DNA from: Alloascoidea hylecoeti
Taxonomy: Eukaryota
Direction: 5' to 3'
Assembly (NCBI GenBank): GCA_001600815.1
Contig: BCKZ01000004.1
Span: 620,001-684,000 of the forward strand
DNA: 64,000 nt
Shown piece after piece: positions 11,888 through 25,400 of the stretch. Every line of letters begins with the position of its first letter. Positions within the stretch are counted from its first letter, which is position 1. Under the pieces are notes generated by a model. That model was not told where the DNA came from and did not search any database. It saw only the letters and a program-made list of their open reading frames with translations. A program made the position numbers and the translations under genes.

Positions 11888-13276
11888 CTATAATTTAGTT
11901 AGATTCCCTAAAATAAAATCAGCTTCTCTTTTACCACTCATAAAAGCACCATGAGCACATGCATTTCCAGCTTCAATAGTATGTTCTCCTGCAAACCTAA
12001 CCTTACCATAACCATTACTTAACCCAGATATAGTTTTGTCACGATCATCTCCAACTTTTGCAGTACCAAATGATCCTAAAGAAAATGGATTACTTTTCCA
12101 CTTAGAAGTTGTAATTTTAATGGGTTTTGGAATATCTTTTAATCCAGAAGCAATTTGTAACATTGGTTTTAAATATTCAAATGATTTCAAAGGTTTTTTT
12201 TCAAATATTGGCATTAATGGTTCAGAAACAAGACATGTTAATATTGGTACACCTAATGATAATGAATTATTAACAAATAATATTGGTTGTGACCATTCAT
12301 AATCTTTAATATTAATATCTTCATCAGTCAAATTATTAATTTTTAAATCTGATTCACTTTCTCCTAAACAAATCCATTTATCTATTTTAGGCCAAAATTC
12401 TTTTTCAAATTCCAATATAACTTTACCTAATCCACCAATATGTTGAGAAAATATTGAATCTTTTAAAGTTTTAGGTAATGAAGGAATAAAATTAATATTA
12501 TTTGATTGTAAAACACCTAACGGAACAGTAACAATGACAAAATCAGCTTCATATTTTTTATCATTATCGGTTAAAACAATAATTTTTCCATCAGTCGTAT
12601 TAATTTCTTTAACAATTGAATTAAAAATAATATCATTTTTAGAAATTGGTTTCTTAACAATATCAATTACTTTATCATAACCTTCTAAAGCATAAGCATC
12701 CCGTCCAAGCATACCACCCGCTCCGGTCCATTTCCCGGATAATTGATTCCAATTGGCACCTCCTCCAAATTCAACACCCGCCCTTGCTATCTGTGGAGCC
12801 CATTTAATTTGATTTGCTGTAAATTGAGTTCCATTATAATTTCGATCTTTAAAATAATCAACAATAACTTCTCTATATGACTTATCACCTTCTCTTAAAA
12901 TCTTTTCTTCATTTCCTTGAAATGAATAACTAATGTATTGTTGAAGATCTCCAACAACCCCGCCAATTTTATCCATTGGATCCAAGGCACCATCTCTATT
13001 GAAAACCCCAGGTCCTGAATCATCGTAATAAACTTTATATCCATTATTCATTGCTAATTCAAATAATGGATTTCTTAATGTATCATGAAACCATGATCCA
13101 CCTAATTCAAAATGAGATTTGGAACTAGATTCTCTATCAGTAAATAATCTACCACCAAGTCTTGAACTTGCTTCAAGAAGTTTAACTGATACATTGGCCG
13201 CAGAAAGATCTGCAGCAGCTTTAATTCCAGCAATACCTCCGCCTATTACTAAAACTGTTGGTTTAATGGATGACAT
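11888..13276 (-). CDS. Flavin-containing amine/polyamine oxidase (Fms1/Cbp1 family)
   Basis: FAD-binding VIGGGIAG, EASSRLGGR, ELGGSWFH, VIVTVPLGVL, FAGEHT...HGAFMSGKREA. C-terminal TKL is weakly PTS1-like. Confidence 0.9.
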   Translation of the reverse strand: MSSIKPTVLVIGGGIAGIKAAADLSAANVSVKLLEASSRLGGRLFTDRESSSKSHFELGGSWFHDTLRNPLFELAMNNGYKVYYDDSGPGVFNRDGALDPMDKIGGVVGDLQQYISYSFQGNEEKILREGDKSYREVIVDYFKDRNYNGTQFTANQIKWAPQIARAGVEFGGGANWNQLSGKWTGAGGMLGRDAYALEGYDKVIDIVKKPISKNDIIFNSIVKEINTTDGKIIVLTDNDKKYEADFVIVTVPLGVLQSNNINFIPSLPKTLKDSIFSQHIGGLGKVILEFEKEFWPKIDKWICLGESESDLKINNLTDEDINIKDYEWSQPILFVNNSLSLGVPILTCLVSEPLMPIFEKKPLKSFEYLKPMLQIASGLKDIPKPIKITTSKWKSNPFSLGSFGTAKVGDDRDKTISGLSNGYGKVRFAGEHTIEAGNACAHGAFMSGKREADFILGNLTKL

Positions 13277-13343
13277 TTTGTAATTGTAATGGAAATTGAA
13301 ATTGAAATTGATATTCAGATTATTAATATGTTTCTATTAAAGC

Positions 13344-13351
13344 CCGGGTAA
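13344..13351. promoter_or_regulatory. Reb1-type site CCGGGTAA upstream of the amine oxidase
   Basis: Exact consensus ~70 bp upstream of the ATG at 13276. Confidence 0.45.
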
Positions 13352-14960
13352 TGGAAATTCGTTTGGATTTATTTAGCTTACATATACTTCTAAAATGGGA
13401 TTCCCTACCTCACTTACTCCAAACAAGTCAATTCTCCTTTATAAAGAACATACAATTGATGGGTGGATCCACAAGGAGGTTTTACGGCATGAATATCGTC
13501 GTCCGATCCGAAGTAAACCGACCACAACTACAAATATCCTAACACTGCATGCAGCAGCTCGCACCCTTCGATTTTGTGACTTTCAAAACCAGCCAATACA
13601 AAATATTAGGATTTATATAATCCAACCTAAGCATTCTCAGAGTTGATAAACTTAATTACCTAATCTATATATACATATACATATACATATACATATATCC
13701 AAAAGTTTACGAAGGATGTTCAATGAAATGATAATGTCCTGCATATCCTCATTATACTGGTGGATCGATTCAATTAGGAGCGAAAGAGACAGGAGGATCC
13801 GGGGCATTAAGTTACATGTAGAGGAAATGGAATAAAAGCATGGTAAGCGTTTAATGTTGGATATGAAGATCTTCATTTTCAATATACTTTAGACCTATTG
13901 GAGTAGCAAGGAGGGCAGTGATGTTACTACCTTTCATTGGCCTTCAAAGTACAATCGATAAGATAATGTTCAATGGGGCTTTAAAGGACCACAAGAGCGG
14001 CCCTCTGATTCTTGTCAACCGTGTTACCATTTGTATTATAGTAATGACGATTATTAGTTCTAGACTGCGAAACTACACCGATTGTCTTCCGTTCTTAACC
14101 TCTAATAGAAAGGTAACTAGCTTTGATATAGTAGCGTCTCACATTTAATCAGCTCTTGCTATTCTCTGTAAAAAAATCCATCTATCCCTCTATTAAACTG
14201 ACTGATCTATTGAATCACACTCCTATTGAATATTGTTTTAAAACCTTGATTTTGAGTTCATTGGATCTAAGCCCCCTGTTTATATTCTTTAACTGAGTAT
14301 GATGCGATTAGAAATTCTATTATTATTCCATTTAAATTTAATAATGGGCCAATAGAATCCTTACCTGCATTTCTCGAGTATCATGGCAAAGATTTATATA
14401 AAGAGACTTTTTCCAATCAGAAATCTATTGGTAAAATACCTGGAAATTTTGTGTTGACTCCTATATACAATTTCGTCTATTGTTGCATTAAAAGTCATAT
14501 CCAGTCTCCACCTTATATATCTATTAAGAGATTAAAATTTTGAAGATAAGGAAAAACAAAAAAGAAGATTTTTGAAGAATTCATTTTCAAGAATCTGTCG
14601 AACTTGAAATCCATTTTCATAGATGATATATCGATAAACATATGATTTTTAAACAGGCGCTTCTGGTTGAAATAAAAATTTAACCAATAATAAATTGTAA
14701 CACAATTGCAATCTCCAACTTTTGATGAAAGGGTTAGCTATGCTATGTGGTGTTTAATCAAAAATGTTTGATATCAGCCGATTAAGTAGAGTTAAAATAC
14801 TGCAATTGATACTTTGTTTACTGATCCAGATAGTATCCTTTGTCTGCCCATCTGCTATCTTAATCGGAATATATCAAGGGCGGCACTCCTCTCTTTTTTT
14901 TCTTACTTTCAAAATATTAATACTTTAATTACTGTCACATTCATAATTTAATTTACAAAA

Positions 14961-15566
14961 ATGAAAATTTCCAGTTGCAAAATATTATCAACATTGGTTA
15001 TGTCACTAATGGCAACATCTTTGATTACCGCTGTTACACAAAACCAAGCACAAGCTGTGTCCGCAAGCCCCACTGAAACCGAAAATGTGTTCAAACATAA
15101 TGACATAACGACTCTATGCTTAAGGCCGGAAGACCGTAAATCTCTTGGACTATTATTAAATCAACTCTCCAAAAGAAACAGATCATTTTTCGAACGTTCC
15201 AAAATATCATTCTCCGTTTCACACGATAAAGCTAAGGGTGATTGGAATTTAGTACTGGAGTATTGGAAGAAGGATAAACCGGCGGTTACCAAAAATCATG
15301 AGGATTCTATGCCATTATTAGGGGTTGGAAAAAATATTAATGGTAAATTCGAAGGTAAAAGGAAGAAATTAAAAGAAGAATTAAAACAATTATTGGATGA
15401 TCTCATTTTATATATCAACACGATTAAAACAATCGTTAGTCATATGAAATTAACTAAGAAACAACAAGATGAAATTAGAAGTATGATTGATTCTTCTGAT
15501 CTTGATTTACCTTTTGGGTTCGTTGAAGAAGTTCTATTAAATGATAATTATGTTCTTGATTTATAA
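14961..15566 (+). CDS. Hypothetical secreted protein (201 aa), no recognised family
   Basis: AAAAATG start context, 201 stop-free codons in AT-rich DNA, hydrophobic N-terminus resembling a signal peptide, dibasic LSKR site. Confidence 0.65.
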   Translation: MKISSCKILSTLVMSLMATSLITAVTQNQAQAVSASPTETENVFKHNDITTLCLRPEDRKSLGLLLNQLSKRNRSFFERSKISFSVSHDKAKGDWNLVLEYWKKDKPAVTKNHEDSMPLLGVGKNINGKFEGKRKKLKEELKQLLDDLILYINTIKTIVSHMKLTKKQQDEIRSMIDSSDLDLPFGFVEEVLLNDNYVLDL

Positions 15567-15747
15567 ATTCTTGAGTTGGTTGATGTGTAATTTTACTTTA
15601 GATTTTTATATAAACTTGATAAGATTTATGTTTAGTAATTCATAATTGTGATTATAAATTTTCATTATCAATCTATCAAACCAATGGATTGATTGTTACG
15701 ATTTTTTGCGATTAGAATATTAATACTCCTATGTTAGAGAACAGATA

Positions 15748-15922
15748 CAGTTATTTCACTTAATTTAGGCCGTCTTGATTAACAATCACCAGCTATCTCC
15801 ATAAATATTTCTCATCCGCATTATTGTATGTCCTATTAATATGTAGGGATCCTGGCCAAGAATAGATATAGAGATTCCCGATAAATTTTGAGCATAATGG
15901 CCGAAAATAAGTGAAATGAATA
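15748..15922. mobile_element. ~175-bp MITE-like element with Tc1/mariner-type terminus
   Basis: TA|CAGTTATTTCACTTAATTTAGGCC at the left and the inverted GGCCGAAAATAAGTGAAATGA at 15899-15919. Shares 21 identical bp with the element at 10681. Confidence 0.65.
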
Positions 15923-16011
15923 ATACGGCAACTATTATATCATGTGACGGTAACACCCGTACACACATGATCATAAAACAAAAGTTCTTCTTTGAAAAAC
16001 ACCATCACTTA

Positions 16012-18285
16012 ATGTCTTCAGGTTTAAAAACTCCACAGTCACCGCGGAACGGATTGAGCCCTTTAAAACCACAGACTCCTTCAAAACAAAATAAACTGGT
16101 TTTCTATGGGTGTGGTCAGCTAAACCCGAACTATGATATTCAACAAAAGCTTGGAGAAGGAACATTTGGGTAAGTGCTTTCCTGCTTCTTTATACTATTC
16201 TTATCATATTCGAATATAACAGAACAGAGGATAGCTGTACTAACCAATATACCTCTAGCGTTGTTTCAAAAGCCATTCAAAAAAGTTCAGGGAAATTAGT
16301 TGCATTAAAGAAGATATTATTTCATAATGAGAAGGATGGTGTAAGCTTATATTTTCACAGGAAAATATATAACATTTCATGATAAACTAATCATATCATT
16401 TACAGTTTCCAATCACAGCATTACGGGAAATTATGATAATCAAGAGACTGTCTCATAAGAATGTCCTACAACTCATTGAAATGTGTGTCGAAAAGCGTAC
16501 GTTAGAAATTCATTTCGGAAAATGAACTATCATAACCATCATTTTTATCGTTTGACAAAATTTTAACATTTTATTGATTTACTTTTTGATAGCTGATGAT
16601 GCTACAAAGAAAACAAATTTATACATGGTTACTCCTTATATGTCTTATGATTTATCTGGCTTATTAGAAAATCCAAACGTTAAACTAGAAGTATCACACA
16701 TTAAATGCTTTTTACAGCAGTTGTTGGAAGGGATACAATATATTCACGAAGTATGTTTTTTCATTTTTTTTCTTCATTAGCTTACTTCTCTCTCCATCAG
16801 TGAAAAATACTTGTTATTAACAAATCCAAGCAACATTATCTTCATCGTGATATAAAAGCAGCAAACTTACTTATAGATGGAAACGGAACCCTTAAAATTG
16901 GTGACTTTGGTCTCGCAAGAAAATATATGGGTGATATTCCGCGAAAGGGAAAAGGCCCGGGGGGTGGTGGTCATAAGTATACAGGTCTGGTTGTGACGAG
17001 ATGGTATAGAGCTCCAGAATTAGTATTGGGAGATCGTGAATATACAACAGCTGTCGATTTATGGGGTGTTGGATGTGTATTTGGTGAAATGTTTAAACAT
17101 AAACCAATTCTATCAGGTCAAAATGAGATTGATCAAGGAACAAAGATTTTTCAACTAGTGGGCTCACCAACAGATTTAAATATGCCTGGTTATAAATCTC
17201 TTCCACAAGGAGGATTAAAGTGGGGTCCATATGAACGGCAATTAGAAAAACGATTTTCGGAGTAAGTTTTCAGAGTTTATGATTGGTATGATTTCGTATT
17301 TTTAACTATTTATAATTTATTTTTTAACTACAGAATCGGTAAAGAAGGTTTATCATTACTTGCAAGTTTTCTTGATTTGAATCCTTTAAAACGCATAACT
17401 GCAGTTGATGCTCTATCCCACAAATATTTCAAAGTTGAGCCACTACCATCTAAACCGGAAGAAATACCTGAATTTGAAGAATCACACGAAATGGACCTTA
17501 AACGATATCGAACAGAAAAGAAAGCTCTATTGGAATCACAGAACAATCATAATAGTAATCATATTAACAACGGTATCATCAATAACAACAACAATATTAA
17601 CAACAGCAATAATAATCCTTATTATAACAATAACAGAAGTAACGCATATGTTAAACGTGAATATAATAGAGATTGGACCAATAATGGTAGAAGAGGACAA
17701 CATAACTGGGATAATAATGACACATTCGGCGGCAGAAATCAAAATGGAGGACGATGGGGTCGTCCAAGAGATAATTATCGAGGCTTTGGAAGAGATAATT
17801 ATGATAGTAATTCAAATGGGAATCGTGAAAGAGGGAGATATGGTAAAGATTATGATCGCTCAAATTTTGATAAAGACGATAGTGGATACTCACTCCGTGG
17901 GAATCATCGGTCAAATACAATCCAATCACATAGAAGCAGGAGCAGAGGAGGGGATTACTGGCCTGGTTCAGAGACAGCGCTTCCCGTAAAACCTTCGTTT
18001 AACAAGCTTGGCAACCCTGATTCTGGACCCAGTACAGTAAACGATGGACAATCTCCATTTAAAAGGAATGGCAATGATGTTTCAATAGATCGTAGAGTTA
18101 AACCGCGCTTAAGTGGAATTAAACGCGATGAAGGATTGATAGCAAACAGCAACCGTGAAGAAGGATCCACAACGGGTATTAAACAGGATGGTGGGTTGGT
18201 ATCAGATCAGGGTGTAGCTTTTGAGCGGCCAAGAAAATCCAATGAACGTCGCTTGTCACATCCACCACATCACCTCGATTATTAA
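16012..18285 (+). CDS. BUR1: CDK9-type transcription kinase Bur1/Sgv1; introns 16170-16258, 16341-16405, 16497-16592, 16751-16830, 17262-17333
   Basis: Spliced product gives [40 protein letters not shown] and [14 protein letters not shown], with an N/R/G-rich low-complexity tail. All five introns keep the frame. Confidence 0.93.
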
Positions 18286-21200
18286 ATTTATTACAAATCA
18301 AATGGTTGTAATTTGAAATTTTTTGTTAATTGATAAGTTTAAATGTCCAGAAAACTTTTTACTTTTAATTTCGATGATTAAATAAAAGTGGGAAAGATAA
18401 TAATTAAATACAGGTGGGAAATGATGATTGGGAAAGGACATTTATTTAATTCACCGCATATTATACCTTTTTTCTTTCTTCCCGCCCTTTCTCCTCCTTT
18501 TCATTTTTCATTTAGGCCTGTGTTACTTCCGATGATCCTTTAGAATTAGAAAGGCATACATTATATTATTTCTAACAATTAGGACTTTTAATTTTTAATT
18601 TTTGTGTCATCCAGATTAGAGAGTCTTAAATGACTAGCTTTTCTGAATCCTGATGCATATATATCCTATATCTTTTCTTATACTATATTAACATTAATAT
18701 TCATCATAATAACTAATGGCCTAATTATAATCAAGTTATCATTTGCTTATTATAAACCTTTAGTATAAAAAATCATCATGGTGGTACATATTAATATTAA
18801 TATCAAAATTAAGTTTAAGCTTATAAGCCTGTAAACATATAAACGTTAAATAGTGAATATAGTATTTTTAGTTAGTTAACCATTAATTCATATTAATAGT
18901 AATAATTTTATCATTATTGCCATAAGGCATATAACATGATATATAACCGTAATGAATTGGTTATCTGAGAGTAATGAGTTAACTCTTTAGCATGCTGTAG
19001 CTGTATTTTAAATTTAAGTGGAATGATTATAAAACTGTTATACGGGCTTAGAAATAACTTGTAAAAGAATTCAACTTTTCTGGATCTAAATATATAGCTA
19101 AGTGTCACTGTATATATACAAATATTAATATGATTGAATTAAATTGGTTTTATTAAAGGTCTAGGGGAAACATCTTTTATGTAGTTAATAGATACAAATG
19201 TTTATGTAGGGTGTATGTATTACCCGGTGTGTCGGTGTTGTTTCCGGATAAGGGGAATTAAGGGTGAAAGTATACTTGTATTACAATCTAACCCTATCAT
19301 ATAATTAATTAATTCTATCTATACCATCTCTAGCTAGACTTTATTAAAGCCATCTTGAAACCAGTTACTGTACACCAAAAAAGTCGCATGAGTTCTTATC
19401 GACTGCACAGCCAACAGAACTTGTTTAAATGTATGTTTATATGTTTAAATGTCGCCAATTCCTTTGATGGACTGTGACACATTGACAATTCATATTGCAT
19501 CCCGATTCCCTAATATAAGAATTCAATGTTACAACTACCATTGTTCATATAATATTAAAGTTTAAATTTCATATATATATATTCATAGTATACCCCATAA
19601 TACATATTCAAGCATATGCTTATAGAATTCATTCTGGATCTAGATATTTCCATTTCATCCCGATATCCTATTAAAAATGGAATAAATAGGTGATCATGAG
19701 TATCCTCTTTACTATAGCTGGTAAATGTAGTCGTTAATTATGAATCTTATGATATCAAACAATAATTATAACGAGAAAAATACATATTATAATTAACGAT
19801 AAAGATCTAATGGATCAGGCAATAATTTTGCGCGTCATCTATTTGTGTAGTTTAGTTTTACCGTTATGAATTCTATTCAAAACAGTAATAAACCATATAT
19901 TATTTATGAAGTCTCCGGCTCCCAACTAGGGCTGGTTTGAAGTTTATCGGTAAATCGCTGCAACTATTACTCAGACGACCTGAATCCTGGAATTTTCCAA
20001 CTGAGCAGTTGGAAAATAATAAGCTTATAAGTGGGTATTTGGCATATGAGTTACAATTGCAATCTATTTGTTGTTGAGATTCCAATCTACTTCATTATTA
20101 ACTATTAAATATATTTATGTTAATATACATGTAAGTTTTATGATTATATATATATTGTTAATGAGCGTTATCATTATGTGGTAGAATTAAATAAAATTGT
20201 GAATATATAGCTATATATACTTTTAAACGCGTTTAATTTGATTTTTTCTTGAATTTAACTTATGTACTACGTACGGTTAATATTAAGTAACACAATACTA
20301 ACACAAGTTTACAGGCCTTTCAATAATTATAAATATAACGGCTTAATACATCTAAGCTTAGAGTAAGCTTAAGCACAAATCAGCCAATATTTAACCTTTC
20401 AAACTTGGTTTCTTTAGATTAAAATATTATATGCGTTTTGAATTATAATTAAAATCATGTATAAGTTATAATTATGTGATCAACTGGATATAGATCTAGA
20501 TCTAGATCGATTTAAGTTTTTATAGTTATAAAGTCTCCAAATTTGTGACAAATGTTTTCATTATAAACTTTTTAATATGATACATATAGGCCTAATTATA
20601 ATCACAATATTAATTAACTGACATGTGTCAGCTGAATCTAATGTCTCACTATAATTACGATAATATCTGACGGTAGTAATATATATGGTGCGTGCCAGTG
20701 CTACTGAAAACGAACAACATTTTTTGCCCAGGAATATATGTATGTAACTGTATACTGATTACGAAATGAGGAAATATCGCAAAGTGCTATTGTAAGCATG
20801 CATCTAGAGAAGGTAATATACATGTATGTTTCCCCATGCATGTATAATGGATAGAGATTAAACGACTCTATTACTTAACTATTTGTTTTGCTGCGAAATT
20901 TGGAGGCCTACATAGTTAGGAGATACAGAAAGTATTTGACAGAGTAGTGCAAAAATTAATTTAGCACGTTATAATTTACATTTACTATTTATCTACCTTC
21001 TGTTGTCTTTAATACATGAATGAACTGATTTTGGCGGTGTGACCACATTATCCGCGAGAGGTGTTGAAATAAATTTTGTTCTTCCTAAAAGCTGTTCATT
21101 TTCAGTGGCTCTCACCATAGTACGTGTACTACGTATAACAATGAAATGGACTCTACAGAGTCTACACTATAATATGTTTGGAAATAGAACTCCGTTAATT

Positions 21201-22451
21201 TTATACATTAAAGCATTTAGGTTTTGTGGTAGAGCATACTTATATTTCGCCGAAAACTACATATAAGGTAAGTTACGTACCAACCGCGAGTGAGACTCGA
21301 GATCAGTCGACAAGAAGTCGTGCAACTTTCTGGTCTAACAATATACCATACGTAGTACGTACTGTATAGTATAAGGCCTTATAGCTATTAGCCAGCTAAC
21401 TGTAATACATATTAATATTAATATTTCAATTGAACCGTAAAGAGTTATTATAGCTCTTTAATCTCTTATATATATTATTAATATGTCTTATATATAATTA
21501 TAGGCCTCAATGGTACACATTATCATTATAAACTTAAAGCTTAAATATAACTTATCGAGGATAATTTAAGACATCATGATCAGTTAAATATGAAACTAAT
21601 GTATGGTATAACTATAGTGTATAAAACAAAAACAAAAAGAAGTAATCTTCGGTTATATTGGGAAATTGATGAAAATCAAAAATCTATAAGATTATTATAC
21701 ACTATGCATATTACCCGCTGCAGTAGACGTGATAACTCGCAATCTCAATATATCGTACCTCATATATACGCATGAATATATTATATTTCAGATCTTTAAT
21801 ATATAATAAATAAATATCGTTTTTAGGGTATACACTGTTAGACTGTATATAACTGAAAGTCCGCCTTATTTATACACCTTAAGCTATATATAATTAATAT
21901 TAAAAGCGTAATAAAGACTAGCGCTGTGAAGAGGCCAATTGCAAATATTGAAATGAATTGAATTTTATAACATGAAGTGTTTGAAATTGAATACTAATAT
22001 TATAATCGGCTATTTAAGAGTAAGCTGTAAACGAGCAGTGTTACTGATATCATCATGATGTTATAAACAACTTCCATGGGCAGAATCGCAACTATAAGCT
22101 TATATACGATCGAATGCATATATGGAGTATTATATATGGACTGTGAAGATTCTATGCATAGTTCCTATATGCATCTCAACTTGATTTAATTTGGAATATA
22201 ATATTATATAATTTCACTATTTTGAATTTTTATATATATTAATTAGAAATTGATATAAAAACCGTAATAGTTGGATACAATTGAAGATATATTCTTCTCT
22301 TTTTAACTACTTTTTTTAACTACAATTTTAACTTTAAGCACCAAATCTCTTAGGAAAATCGATTGGTATACCTCAAAACAAGACTTTCAATTTAATTTCA
22401 CCCCATTCTGTTACTCTATACATCAGAAGGGAAGTTGAAAAAGATATATAA

Positions 22452-25400
22452 ATGACAACAATCATCCCAAAAATTCACACACAACTTGCGAAGCTGGTAT
22501 GCATCATTAAAAATTCTAGTTCTAACTAGAGTAAACACTAATTTTCCATTCAACTTCAATAGTTACCCATTGAAACAGGCAATAGCATCCAAGATGTTGA
22601 AGCGAATAAAAATTTTCTATCAACTAAAGAAACTTTGTTGAAATTGTCTAAAACGGCAATGATCTCTGAGGTTTTACGCGGTTTTATTGCACTACTAATT
22701 AGAGTACAGAAGGTAAGGTCCACCAATAGTATGGCAAGTATATATAGAAATTTTAATTGAACGAAATACTAATATAAACGCACTTTTGAGTTAGTATGAT
22801 CGATTTGAAGAAATAACAAAAAAAAAAGTTCAATCGTTTTCTTCCTTCATAATTGTTCTAAAGTTGATGACACAATGTATTGAGATTAATTGGGAAACTG
22901 TCGAACCAACTCCTGTCGAACAGGGAAGAGTTCCCGTATTATTTGGAAATGCCAACTTTTTTAAGCCATTATTAAAATATCACACTGTTAGGCCAGCAAG
23001 TTTAAGTTCTTCAGTAGTTCGGGAATTGTTCGATCAAATAATAAAATTGAGATCTCAAAATGAGATCATAGAAGCGGTTTCAATTATTTCAAAGGGGAAT
23101 ATACAACTAGCCTCTGATGTTATAGCCCACCCATATAGAAGTTCGATACAAGAGATTGATGATTATTGCTCTCAAATTTTAACATACTTATCTGCAACTA
23201 ATTGGGAGGATATTTTTGGATTGCTCACCTCACAACTAGGACTTCTGAAAAAAGTGGTTGGAAAGAGTCAGATAATTCCTTATATCGACTATTTATCATA
23301 TTTATATCTCGATGAAAGATCCATTTCTACAGTTCTGAAGGAAATGTTACACTTCTCAAAGTTATTAAAAGATCCACTACGTCAAACGCTTGTTTTCAAC
23401 TTTTTTTCCAAGAGTCTTGAATATTGGATACAGTCAAAACCAGAAGAATTATATAAAAATATAAAAACTGAAACGTCTGCATTATGCGACGAAGTCAGTT
23501 CAATTTTCGATTACACATATAGTACTTCGGAAAATTCGCCATATCAGCTAGAAGTCTGCCAATTTTTGTCCTTATTGGTTTGTTTTTTTCCAAGTGTTTT
23601 CACAACTTTTATGTCCCCTACAGGAGTGAAAAGATTCACACCTGATGCTAAAAAGTTAAAACTGTTAAATTTAATTAAATCTCAGTTGCTTGCAAAAAAT
23701 GTTCCAGATTCGGGTCTGGCTTCTGTTATAAATTTTGGCATGGTGGGTGCAAAACTGTTTAGATTCGATCCCGACAACTCTATTTCCAAATTCCTCCTAA
23801 TCTTAGCTCCAGATTTAGAGATTGCACTTCGTAACAATGCAAAAGATATTTCACCCACATTGATACAATTACATTGTAGTTTTTTCCTTAGCTACTCGGT
23901 CATTTCACCAGAGTACGTGTTGAAAATATTGCATCAAGGGCTTAATCGATCGGATGTCGAGCCCTTCGTTGTTTGTTTCCTTTCAACCGCATTAAGAGCT
24001 CTTGGGATTATACCTTCTGCCTTATCATTTTATGTCCGTTGTATGAATGAAAATTCATTGGCTTTAAGAAACCTAATAAGAAAACATGCACAACTACTAC
24101 TAAAAGCACGAGCGGCCGGGAATACTTCTTCGAAGAAATCAATATCCACAAGCAATTCAGAGACAGTCAGTTTACCGATACTGACTAACGTATTTCATGC
24201 TTTTATACCACATCCATTTTCTTTTTTTGAAAGTTACAATAATAGTGGTTCTGTTATAAGGGCTATTGCCGATAAAGACTTGGAACCTATTCTAACCTGT
24301 ATGCTTGATACAGATAGAGATGTCGCACAGAGCGCAACAAAATATGTCAAGGCATTCATTGATAGTCTTTCCTCTATCGATGACATTAATGCTGATATCA
24401 GTTTTGAGAACACTAATCCTGTGATGCCATTATACACAGCTGCAGGTTATTTTATAAGGGCTCTTTCGGTTAACATTTTGGATATCGACATGAAGGATTC
24501 AAGAATATTGTCAATACTGGATATGATCAATGGATGCTTCAAAGCGAGAGCTTACATTGCTGAAAAGTTTGAGTTAAAGAGGAAGTGTTATGATGATATT
24601 ACGAAACTGGAGAGCTCTTCCAAAAGAAAAGCTATTTATACGAGCTTCGAAGCCGCTTTTCTTACCTGCTCTTGTTCCCAAGGGATTGAACATTATAAGC
24701 TAGGAGTCAAGGGACTAACTTATGCGCTTCGAGATGGACGCTCAACTTCTGGAGAAAATAAAGTTCTCTGTCCATTGCTGTTCAATGAAGAACAATATAA
24801 GGAGCTTATATCAGGTAATGAATCAATTATAGGCTCGGTTTCCCTCCAAAATAAAATTCACAAATCTATTATAAAATTCACTGTTCCCAGCGATGGTATT
24901 GTTAACTCTTGGAAACAGATATATGATCTTTTTTCTATGGTCTTGGACTCATCTTCCCTTGAGAGTATCTTTATTAAAGAAAAGAGAAATTATGCTGGAA
25001 TTCTTGCTTCACTATCTGAATGCATTATGGCTAGCGATCCAGAAACAAATAGTAGTGTAGCAGATATTGTTCCCCTGTTCAATGAATTTTTGAATACTAT
25101 CATAAAGCTTTTAAGTTCAAAAAATTTATATATAAGTAATGCTGCCAAAGATACTTTATCAAGGGAATTTAGTCTTAATACACTTCCTACGATTTGTTCT
25201 TCAATCGAACTAATTTTAACAGAGTTGTTGAAAAATGATATAAACGAGGATATTCAATGTTTGCTCGATCACATTATTTCTTTGTTAGGAGTTTTTATAC
25301 AAAGATGTGAAGTTGAAAAAAATAGAATGCCTCTTAAAGCTATATCTATTGCTTTCAAAATATTAAAGTATTTCGATAAAAATTTGAATGAGAACAGTAT

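Noticed and set aside
17405..17989. 194-aa alternative-frame ORF in the BUR1 tail
   Set aside because: Shadow of the AAT/AAC-rich low-complexity coding sequence.
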